A program made the translations under genes and the position numbers. Under the pieces are notes generated by a model. That model was not told the DNA's origin, ran no database searches, and saw only the letters and a list, made by a program, of their open reading frames with translations. A DNA stretch of 63,436 nt, counting the filler, from Thraustochytrium aureum (taxonomy: Eukaryota), in assembly GCA_012862495.1 (NCBI GenBank). It is 10 parts of 5 records of this genome, joined end to end, with 100 filler letters (N's around TTAATTAATTAA, not from the genome) between each part and the next. Parts side by side here need not be neighbours in the genome. Positions count along the whole stretch, not along the records: positions 44,528 to 52,890 come from BLSG01000008.1; positions 52,991 to 59,008 come from BLSG01000009.1; 8 more parts are not named here. One strand, written 5' to 3'. Of the stretch, positions 46,356 to 56,500 are shown one piece after another. Every line of letters begins with the position of its first letter. The first letter of the stretch is position 1.

Positions 46356-48505
46356 ATGGTCCTCAGTCCCAAGATCCTGTCGCTGTTCGCCCTGTCCGGC
46401 ATGTACATCGGCGTTGCGCTCATCTTCCGCCTCTCGCAGACCGACGGGCAGTACCACTTCTCGCCGCTCTCGGTCATGACGCTTGCCGAGTTTTGCAAGC
46501 TCATCATCTCGATCAGACTGCTCAAGCAAGAGGTGAACAGTGCATTCAAAGATAGGCCAAAGGGCTCGCCTACAGAGCTGAANNNNNNNNNNNNNNNNNN
46601 NNNNNNNNNNNNNNNNNNNNNNNNNNNNNNNNNNNNNNNNNNNNNNNNNNNNNNNNNNNNNNNNNNNNNNNNNNNNNNNNNNNNNNNNNNNNNNNNNNNN
46701 NNNNNNNNNNNNNNNNNNNNNNNNNNNNNNNNNNNNNNNNNNNNNNNNNNNNNNNNNNNNNNNNNNNNNNNNNNNNNNNNNNNNNNNNNNNNNNNNNNNN
46801 NNNNNNNNNNNNNNNNNNNNNNNNNNNNNNNNNNNNNNNNNNNNNNNNNNNNNNNNNNNNNNNNNNNNNNNNNNNNNNNNNNNNNNNNNNNNNNNNNNNN
46901 NNNNNNNNNNNNNNNNNNNNNNNNNNNNNNNNNNNNNNNNNNNNNNNNNNNNNNNNNNNNNNNNNNNNNNNNNNNNNNNNNNNNNNNNNNNNNNNNNNNN
47001 NNNNNNNNNNNNNNNNNNNNNNNNNNNNNNNNNNNNNNNNNNNNNNNGTGTTCATGGGGCCGTTCCTCTTCTCGTCGAGCCTGCATCTCATGGAGGTCGT
47101 CGGCGCTCTTGTCGTTTCGATGGCGACGTACTTGTACCTCAAGGCAGATGCGCTGAGTACGCAGACCAAGGCGTCCGAGAGTGTCGAAAGTGGCGACTCG
47201 GAGCCGAATACGTCTCGTCGAAAGGCCGCGATGTGGTTTGTGTTTGTCGTCGCTTTCGTCTTCGCGGGGTCTGTGTCCCTGCTTTCTGGTTCGACCCCCG
47301 CCTTCAACGTCAAGGACGCTTCAAACGCAAAACGCGAAAGCAGCGACGCATGGCCTGTCGCTTCGCTGCCGGAAAGCGGCGCTCCTGGTCTGAGGGCGCC
47401 CGGGGATCCAGACCAGATTTCAGACCCTGATGCGATGGCAACCGAAGAACCATTCTTGTCGGCCACAGAGGACCCTGATGAGAAAGCAGCCAAGGACCCT
47501 GATCTATTCCCTCCTGTGGAACCTAGTCCGGGCGGGCCCGGGGAGCTGGACCTGAGCACACCATATGACCCTGATCCGACCCCACGCGAGGAGCCAGGTC
47601 TAACCGCACGAGAGGAGCCTGAAACAATCGTTTACCAAAGGCCTGCTGAAACGCACGCGACTCTGGGGGGCACTGGGACCAAAAGTAACGCCACAATGGG
47701 AGGCAAAGCAAAGCGAGTCGCGGTGTGCATGTCTGGCGCAGCTCGTAGCCTCGTACTCCCGCTTGTCCACGAGAATATCGCTGCAATGCTGAGACGCATT
47801 GGTGGGCCGAATCGAATCGTGGACTTGTTCATGCTCGTCAAGACAGAGGACGAGCCGCGAGAGCGCCACAAGGATGCTGGCAGCTCTTCGAACGAAATGC
47901 AGAATGTCATCGACGTCCTGAACCCTGTTGTACTCGTGTTTGACACGCCCACCCACCCAGCAAAGTTTTGCGCAAACGTGATGCAGGAGCATCATGTGGA
48001 ACAACTGATCGGGATTGCCAATTGCTACGCCTTAGTCGAGCGATACGCCAACGAAAACGACGTCCAGTACGAGTGGTACATCCGCGTGCGACCTGACATC
48101 GCGTACCTGGGTCCGGTTCCGACAGTCGACCAAGTGCGGCAAGACCAAGTAACTGTGGCAAAGGTGCACAGCCGTGAGCTGAACGATCACATCATGTACA
48201 TTCCGTGGTCTCTGTCGAAGAAAGTACTGTCGCTCGCTGACCAGTTTCTCACGGACACAGGAGGTTGTAAAAGGGCCCACGGCCCAGAGGGTTGGATCTT
48301 GGAGCATTTTTCGACCAACAGGATAAAGTGGGGCAAGGCCAACATTTTCGAGGTTGTCGTCCGCAAGTTCGAAGGTCCCGAATGCAAGCGCCGTCGTCTG
48401 GCAGGTGAGCGATTACGCTGCCGCACATTTGCCAGGGCGATCAAAGCTTCAACCGCTGCCCCAGAGCGCAACAACCAACTTCAACTCGCCAACGCGCTTC
48501 CCTAG
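46356..48505 (+). CDS. SLC35A-type nucleotide-sugar transporter fused to a type II glycosyltransferase-like domain (copy 2; N gap)
   Basis: N-terminus IFRLSQTDGQYHFSPLSVMTLAEFCKLIIS; transporter C-terminus LF..VVGALVVSMATYLY in the same ORF as an extra TM, a Pro/Asp/Glu stem, and RVAVCMSGAARS...YEWYIRVRPD...NDH. Confidence 0.8.
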
Positions 48506-49562
48506 CACTGTCATTACTACATCTCTTTCAATTTGAAATCAATCATCAGCCAAAGCAGTTTGTGAATTCTCAACTGACGCTGGATGTTCTACCGGGGCGC
48601 CGCACGATGCGGCTCTGGATCGCAACGATGAACCTCGGCGACAAGATCGAGCCTTTCTTGCCAGCTCGCGGCTTCCGTCGCGCGCGCAGATCTCCCATCG
48701 CGGGCTGCCGACGGGCTAGTCTTTGGCGTCTTCGCAGTCCTCCCTACTCGCTTACTTATTACACAGCTAGAACTGGACGGATCACGCGGTGTTCGTCCTC
48801 CCTGCTCGACAAAGATTCGCCAACCTCCGCCCAGCAGCGCGAGCGACTCGGCCGCGTCCATTTCGGGACGTCAGCGCTGCTCCTGTCGCGCGCGCGCACC
48901 AGCAAGCAAAGTGCTCCGCCCAACAGCAACTACTTCCGCACGGCGGAGCTCTCAAGCTCGAGAAATGGCGGCCACAGAGCAAGCAAGCAGGGAGCGACTG
49001 CCGCCAATCAATCAGCGTCATTCAGATCCAATCCAATCAACAAGGGAGGCGCCGCCCGGCGTCCCAGCGGCCAGCCGTCGCACATCAGGCACGTCGGACC
49101 TGGAGACTCGGCACGGACAGACAGACAGACAGACAGACAGACCGGCGCAATACCTCCGTCCCAGGCAGGGCCTTGGGACAGCCGTGGGACGGTCATCCCA
49201 GCCAAGTCGGCTCCAGTCCCGCCACCCGTTTCAAGAGTGCCGACCTCGCGATCGATCACCGACTGACTCGACACGGACGACGGCCCGGGCTGCGCTTGCC
49301 CGCAACGACTCGGATGGCGTCCAGTCAAGTCTGCCTTCGTGCGAGGCTCAAGCCTCGGGCTGGTTGGTCTCAGGCTGCACGAGCGTTTGCTGCGGTAGTC
49401 AGTGAGTGAGTGAGTGAGTGAGTAGAGAAGGCAGGGTGCTTCGTGGCCCTGCGCGGGGCTGACTCGATTGCGCGGCGAGCTCGTTCGTCCGAGGGCTGGT
49501 CGCTGATGAACTAGTGAGTTGGGTACGTGAGTACTCTGAGTACTCTCTGATTCCTGACGGGC

Positions 49563-49601
<39 letters not shown>

Positions 49602-50032
49602 GCTGCACTCTGTCTGTTCTGTCGCTTCTGTGTGACACAAGAGACTTGGTCTCCTCGATCCTCCAGTGTCCCATGCTCTCAGCTGCTGCTCGAGCGGCAG
49701 CAGAACGGAGAAGCGCCGGGCGAGCGAGGCTCGACCGCGGCTGCGCTGTGGCGGCAGGGCGAGGAGAGGCGCCGTGCGGACGGACGGACGGACGGAAGGA
49801 CAGGCTGACGGCGGGCAGCGGAGGTACACCCGCGACGATCGGCAGTTGCAGCTCCAGCATCAGCACCAGCACCAGCACCGCCACCTGAGGCAGCACCAGC
49901 TGCTGTACAACGGCAAGCCATCGCGTCTTGCCAGCACCGCCTCTGCCGCCACTACTTGCTACGCTGCACGCGAAGACTGGCGCTCGCTTTGAAGGGGACG
50001 CGCTGGCTCGGAGACTCACCTCGACAAGAACG

Positions 50033-51607
50033 ATGGTCCTCAGTCCCAAGATCCTGTCGCTGTTCGCCCTGTCTGGCATGTACATCGGCGTTGCGCTCAT
50101 CTTCCGCCTCTCGCAGACCGACGGACAGTACCACTTCTCGCCGCTGTCGGTAATGACGCTCGCCGAGTTTTGCAAGCTCCTCATCTCGATCAGGTTGCTC
50201 AAGCACGAGCTGGAATCCGCGTCCAAAGAGAAACCGGAAGCCTCCGCNNNNNNNNNNNNNNNNNNNNNNNNNNNNNNNNNNNNNNNNNNNNNNNNNNNNN
50301 NNNNNNNNNNNNNNNNNNNNNNNNNNNNNNNNNNNNNNNNNNNNNNNNNNNNNNNNNNNNNNNNNNNNNNNNNNNNNNNNNNNNNNNNNNNNNNNNNNNN
50401 NNNNNNNNNNNNNNNNNNNNNNNNNNNNNNNNNNNNNNNNNNNNNNNNNNNNNNNNNNNNNNNNNNNNNNNNNNNNNNNNNNNNNNNNNNNNNNNNNNNN
50501 NNNNNNNNNNNNNNNNNNNNNNNNNNNNNNNNNNNNNNNNNNNNNNNNNNNNNNNNNNNNNNNNNNNNNNNNNNNNNNNNNNNNNNNNNNNNNNNNNNNN
50601 NNNNNNNNNNNNNNNNNNNNNNNNNNNNNNNNNNNNNNNNNNNNNNNNNNNNNNNNNNNNNNNNNNNNNNNNNNNNNNNNNNNNNNNNNNNNNNNNNNNN
50701 NNNNNNNNNNNNNNNNNNNNNNNNNNNNNNNNNNNNNNNNNNNNNNNNNNNNNNNNNNNNNNNNNNNNNNNNNNNNNNNNNNNNNNNNNNNNNNNNNNNN
50801 NNNNNNNNNNNNNNNNNNNNNNNNNNNNNNNNNNNNNNNNNNNNNNNNNNNNNNNNNNNNNNNNNNNNNNNNNNNNNNNNNNNNNNNNNNNNNNNNNNNN
50901 NNNNNNNNNNNNNNNNNNNNNNNNNNNNNNNNNNNNNNNNNNNNNNNNNNNNNNNNNNNNNNNNNNNNNNCAAGGGTGCTGACACCTCAAAGGGCGAAAT
51001 GCAAAATGTCGTGGACGTGCTGAAACCAGCCGTGCTCGTGATCGACAATACTGTCCACCGGCCAAAGTTTTGCGCAAACGTGATGCGGAATAGTCACGTC
51101 GCGCAGCTGGTCGGGCTCGCGAGTTGCTACGCCCTGGTTGAGCGCTACGCCAACGAATACGACGTCGAGTACGAGTGGTATATTCGCGTCCGCCCCGACA
51201 TCGTGTACCTGGATCCGGTTCCAACTGTTGACCAAGTACCACAAGGCCAAGTATCAGTGCCAGCGGTACACACGACAGACATTAACGACCATGTCATGTA
51301 CATCCCGTGGCACCTGTCGAAGAAATACGCTTCGCTCGCTGACCAGTTTCTCACCGACACAGGACATTGCAAAATCACGAAGGGCCCAGAGAGTTGGATC
51401 ATCGAGCACTTTCTGACGAACAAGATCACATGGGGCAAGGTCGACATTTTCGAGGTTGTCGTTCGCAAGTTCGAGGGTCCCGAATGTCATCGCCGCCAAC
51501 TCATAACGGAGCGAGCGCGTTGCCGTTCGTTTGCCAAGGCTCTCGATTATCCAGTACCTGCCTCGCAGCGCGACACCTTGCTTCAACTCGCGTACGCGCG
51601 CCCCTAG
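50033..51607 (+). CDS. Nucleotide-sugar transporter / glycosyltransferase-like fusion (copy 3; N gap)
   Basis: Same transporter N-terminus as copy 2 and the same GT-like C-terminus, in frame across the gap as given. Confidence 0.75.
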   Translation: MVLSPKILSLFALSGMYIGVALIFRLSQTDGQYHFSPLSVMTLAEFCKLLISIRLLKHELESASKEKPEASXXXXXXXXXXXXXXXXXXXXXXXXXXXXXXXXXXXXXXXXXXXXXXXXXXXXXXXXXXXXXXXXXXXXXXXXXXXXXXXXXXXXXXXXXXXXXXXXXXXXXXXXXXXXXXXXXXXXXXXXXXXXXXXXXXXXXXXXXXXXXXXXXXXXXXXXXXXXXXXXXXXXXXXXXXXXXXXXXXXXXXXXXXXXXXXXXXXXXXXXXXXXXXXXXXXXXXXXXXXXXXXXXXXXXXXXXXXXXXXXXXKGADTSKGEMQNVVDVLKPAVLVIDNTVHRPKFCANVMRNSHVAQLVGLASCYALVERYANEYDVEYEWYIRVRPDIVYLDPVPTVDQVPQGQVSVPAVHTTDINDHVMYIPWHLSKKYASLADQFLTDTGHCKITKGPESWIIEHFLTNKITWGKVDIFEVVVRKFEGPECHRRQLITERARCRSFAKALDYPVPASQRDTLLQLAYARP

Positions 51608-52112
51608 CTAGCTAGCTCGAGTTCGTATGTCTAACAACAAGGGGTTTTGTTCAGGGCCGATCCATGCCGTGATTGAGGACTTGGAGCGATGCACTTGCGC
51701 GGACACGCGTCTCCGCGCAGTGCAGCCGCCGCTCGCAGAGCGCTCTCTAGAGGCAGAGCCAGGCGCGAGCCAGCCGTGCCAGCAACACTCCGAAGGGCCG
51801 GCTCGACAAAGCCACTAGGCCGGAACGCGCGAATCCGCCTAAATGAACCACCAAATCAAGTTGCATACCGCAAGTGCCAAGCGGCATTCCGCAACCGCAA
51901 CCGCAAAGAAACGGGCCTTTTTGCCGCGGCGGTCGCTCGAGCTTCGCAAACGAATCCCATCCTGTCTCCGTCCGAGCTCGGTGTTCGCCCATTCGGTGTT
52001 CGCCCATTCGGTCTGCACATCAGAGGTGAGCCACCTGCGACAAGCATGGCCACCGTGACAAGGCTTGTTCCCTCGACTCCTGGCCAACGCTGTAAGTAGA
52101 AACGTGTACGCC

Positions 52113-52890
52113 TCACCCAGTCGCATCCGATCCAAGCTTGGTGCAGATCAGCACCGAGCACCGCCGGCCCACAACCGCGGCCTGCTTAAACGACCATTTG
52201 TGGGCGTCAAAATAGTTGATGCGCAGACGGGCATCGACGCCAGTCACCAGGATATACTTCCCGCCGACGCGCAAAAAGGCCGTACAAGTCGTCGAGGAAC
52301 CGCGCGACAACCTTCATGTTGTCCTGATATGCGAACAGGCAGTCAAGCATGCCCTTGTCGAGCACGATGTCGAATACAGGTTCTAGCGGGACGCCGCAAA
52401 GATGCGAGGTCAAGTACTCGTCGCGTAGCGCGACCTCCAAGTTGGCGCGCATACTGCGAACGTCCACGCGCAGGAACTGAACCTCGGGCTCGATCTGCTT
52501 GAAACGCTTGCGAAGGTAGCCGATGCAAACGGGGCTCAAGTCGATGCAAACCACAAACTTTGCGCCGCGCTCGAGATGGAGCCAAATGCCGATGGGCTGC
52601 ACCCCGCAGCCAACCTCGAGAACTCTGTGCGACTTTGGATCTACATTTTCGATCAGGATACTTGCAATCTCGCGCACGCTGCAGTAGCACTCTGGGAGAG
52701 CGCCAAGGCGGTCGAGAACCCGATCGCGTCGGTACTTTTGGTCCCAGTACTCGAGCCCGCCTGCATAGTTGGGCAACTCCTTTTTGAACCCGGGAAGGAC
52801 AACGTATGCTCTTGGCTTTGCCACACTGGCGCGCCCTGGCCTTGTGCGCGATCATGTTTCGTCAGCAAACGGGGACCAGAGCGTCGCAGG
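52113..52890 (-). CDS. Class I SAM methyltransferase, EEF1AKMT4/METTL13-N-like (5' truncated; frameshift near 52275)
   Basis: EYWDQKY, VLEVGCG, IDLSPVCI, DVRSM, FDIVLDKGMLDCL, then LRVGGKYILVT after an A5 run. Confidence 0.85.
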
Positions 52891-52990
52891 NNNNNNNNNN
52901 NNNNNNNNNNNNNNNNNNNNNNNNNNNNNNNNNNTTAATTAATTAANNNNNNNNNNNNNNNNNNNNNNNNNNNNNNNNNNNNNNNNNNNN

Positions 52991-53160
52991 TGGTTTTGCC
53001 ATCTCTTCGAGATAACCGCCACGGTCCGACCAAAGGCACTGCTGAAGGGCGTGGGCGGCTGCCAGCTGCCAGTGGTTGTGCCATCTCTTCGAGATAACCG
53101 CCACGGTCCGATCAAAGGCGCTCTCTTCGCCCGCGGCGCGACAACCGCCGCGGTCCGATG
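52991..53160. repeat. ~50-bp direct repeat with 82-bp period (2 copies + partial) containing the hairpin ATCTC-TTC-GAGAT
   Basis: tggttKtgccatctcttcgagataaccgccacggtccgaYcaaaggc at 52991 and 53073; partial aaccgccgcggtccgat near 53143. Confidence 0.85.
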
Positions 53161-53505
53161 TTGCCACGCCCACTGGCCACCCTCCTTGTACACAACACGA
53201 TTGGAGATTATTTAGATCCGTTGCGCTGGAGAGCCGGTGAGTTGCAATTGTTCGATGTAGTAGTGGTTGGTGCAGCAGGAGCGATGGCAACTGACGCCGC
53301 CATAGACGAACAAGAGCTGTGGCAGTGCCGATTCGAGAGAGTCTGTGCGCGTCAAAGCTCGCGGGCTCGGCCAGCCTTTCGAACCGTGTGCTTCGTGCCT
53401 GGCGCGTGTGCCCGGTCCACCGAGGCCCCAGCCCAGCCTGCCTTCCCGGCCGACTCGCCTTCGAGCCTGCTTGCAAGAGCTGAGCTGCTGTAGCGCAGGC
53501 GCGAG

Positions 53506-56500
53506 ATGTCCAGAGATGGAGGCGGCAGCGGCGGCCTGGACGAAAGCTTCTTCCAACCCGGGCTTGCGGTGTGGATGCGCAACCCGTACCCGGAAGGGAG
53601 CGACGCGTACAGGATGGGAAGGCTCGTGGATCCAAAACGATCTGGCAGGCCCGTGTTCGTTCCGGGCAAAGTCATCCGCGTCACAGATGGCGGGGGAAAG
53701 TCCTCGTCGAAACGGACTGGGAGCCGAGGCTAGCGCAAGAGTACAGCACGCACGAGCTGTTCCCAGCCAACGTTGTGCAAAGCGTGGATGACATGGTGCA
53801 GCTGGCACACTTGAACGACGCCACGCTGCTGCAAAATGTTCAGGCGCGCTACCACGCAGAGGCGCAACAGCAAATCTACACAATGGCAGGCCCGATCCTC
53901 ATCGCAGTCAACCCCTACAGAATCGTGCACGACCGCAACGGGTCGTCCATCTACAGCGACGCGTACATTCAAAAGTACCGTGCCGAGCCACAAGACGTCA
54001 ACAGCGGCAAGCCTCGCACGCTGCCACCGCACATCTACGGCGTGGCGTCTAACGCGGTGACCACTTTTGTGCAAGAGCTGCAAGACCAAAGCATCGTTAT
54101 TTCTGGCGAGTCTGGCGCGGGCAAAACCGAGTCAACCAAGCAAATCATGCAATTCATCACGAGCTGCAGCAGCCACCAGGGTGTGCGCCCCGAATCCGCT
54201 CCGCGCGGCGAAGACGGCATCGAGGCCAAGCTGCTGCGATCCAATCCAGTGCTCGAGGCGCTCGGAAACGCCAAGACGCTCAGGAACGACAACTCGAGCC
54301 GATTCGGCAAGTTTATCCAGATCAAGTTGCTGCCCGCCGCGGCGCGGTCGGGTCGCGCGCAAGACGTCACCGTGCGAGGGGGCACCATCCAGGACTTTCT
54401 CCTGGAAAAGTCGCGCGTCGTTCACCACGTGGAAGGCGAGCGCAACTACCACATCTTTTACCAGCTGATCCGCGGGGCCAGCCAGGAGCGGCGCGCTGCC
54501 CTGCGCCTTGGAGAGGTCGAGTCCTTTCGGTACCTGGACCCTCCCTCTCAAGAGCGCCACGCCGAGTCCCTCGACGCTCTTGACGGCTCAAGAGCGCGTT
54601 CACGGACCCAGAGCACGGCGGGAGCGCTTCCGAAGAGCGCGGGGCCGGCTCCAGGGCGGAAGATTGACGACGTCGCGGGGTTTGCAGAGCTTGAAGAGTC
54701 GCTTACCGTTGTCGGATTTGCTCCGCCGCAGAAGGAGGCGCTCTTCCGCACGATCGCTGGGGTGCTGCACCTTGGCAACATCAAGCTCAACGAAGCGGCC
54801 AACGAGGCGTGCACGGTGGACGGCGGGCTCGGACGCGCCCGCGCTGCGCGCCGCCGCCGAGATGCTTGGGCTAGAGCCCGCTGGCCTCGTTGCCGAGCTC
54901 GTTTCGCGCGAGACCACCACGGGCGGGCACACAATCCGGTCCCCGCTGGACCGACCGCGTGCCTATGCTGGCATCGACGCGCTTGCCAAGTCTGTCTACG
55001 GCCATCTCTTTCGATGGGTCGTGAGTGAGATCAACGCGACGCTTCGCGGAGGCGAGACTAGCTTTGCTGCTGGTACTGCAGAGCTCGGGTCCATTGGGAT
55101 CCTCGACATTTTCGGGTTTGAGGTCTTTGCCAAGAACGGGTTCGAGCAGTTCTGCATCAACTTTGCGAACGAAAAACTGCACCAGCTATTTACCACGTAC
55201 GTGTTCAAGATGGAGCAAAAGCTTTATCAGGAGGAGGGCATCGACTACTCGGAGATCCGCTTTACGGACAACCAGGACGTGATCGACCTCGTGGAGAAGC
55301 GGCCCAAGGGGATCCTCTCTCTCCTTGACGAGGCATGCCTTTTCCCTCGGTCAACAGACGACTCCTTCCTCAGCAAGCTCAACTCGGCGCACGCCAAGAC
55401 CGAGCTGTACCGTAAAGGTGGGCTCAAGGACAGCTCGTTCGGGCCCTCGTTCGTTGTCCACCACTCGGCGGCCTCGGTGGTGTACACCGTGACGGACTTT
55501 CTCGCAAAGAACCGGGACCGGCTGGAGGTCAACATCACGGCCCTGATGCAGTCCAGCTCGAATGAGCTGATTCGCAGCCTGTTCGCGGGGGCGTCGGACA
55601 ACACGCGCGGCACGTTCACGGGGTCGAATGCGTTCCTGGGATCAAAGTTCAAGGACGACATCAACAAGCTCATGGCCACTCTGCACGCCACGACGCCCCA
55701 CTTTGTGCGCTGCCTCAAGGCCAACGGCGACAAGCGGGCCGGCTACATGGACCCGGACCTCGTCATGCACCAGCTCCAATACCTTGGCGTGCTCGACTCG
55801 ATCCGGATTCGCCACTCTGGCTTCAGCTACCGCACGAGCTTTTCGGCCTTCTACTCGCGCTTCGCGCTCGTTGATCCTGCGCTCGAGTCTCCGGCCGGGC
55901 TCCTGCACCGCCCCGACTTTACCGAACAACTCGCAAAGGCTCGCTGCAAAGAGCTTGTTCAGCGCCTTTGGAGAATGGTGCATTCCGCCCAGCAAGAGCA
56001 CCATAGCCAACGCGAAAAGCGCGCCGCTGCGAGCACAGGGGATTCGGTCCCCACGCCAAGCCAAGCTCGGGGCGCAGAGTCCCTCACGTCGCTCGACTCG
56101 ATGATCCAGCTCGGCGCGACGCGCATTTTCTTGCGCAAGCAGATGATTCAGACCCTAGAGGCGCTCCGGGACGTCAGCTTCANNNNNNNNNNNNNNNNNN
56201 NNNNNNNNNNNNNNNNNNNNNNNNNNNNNNNNNNNNNNNNNNNNNNNNNNNNNNNNNNNNNNNNNNNNNNNNNNNNNNNNNNNNNNNNNNNNNNNNNNNN
56301 NNNNNNNNNNNNNNNNNNNNNNNNNNNNNNNNNNNNNNNNNNNNNNNNNNNNNNNNNNNNNNNNNNNNNGGCCATGGACCGGGCGGCCACTCGCATCCAG
56401 AGCGTGGCTCGGATGCGCGCCGTTCGTCACCGCCTCGTCATGATCAAGCGGGGCCTCGAGCGTATTCGATCTGCCTGGCGAGCTCTTCAAGACCGCGAGG

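Noticed and set aside
49117..49600. (ACAG)n, (GTGA)n and (GCTG)n tracts, plus similar tracts at 32180-32222 and 40555-40640
   Set aside because: Ordinary intergenic microsatellites.
52991..53160. CRISPR array
   Set aside because: Only two full repeats, repeat length ~50 bp, no cas genes, and a eukaryotic context.
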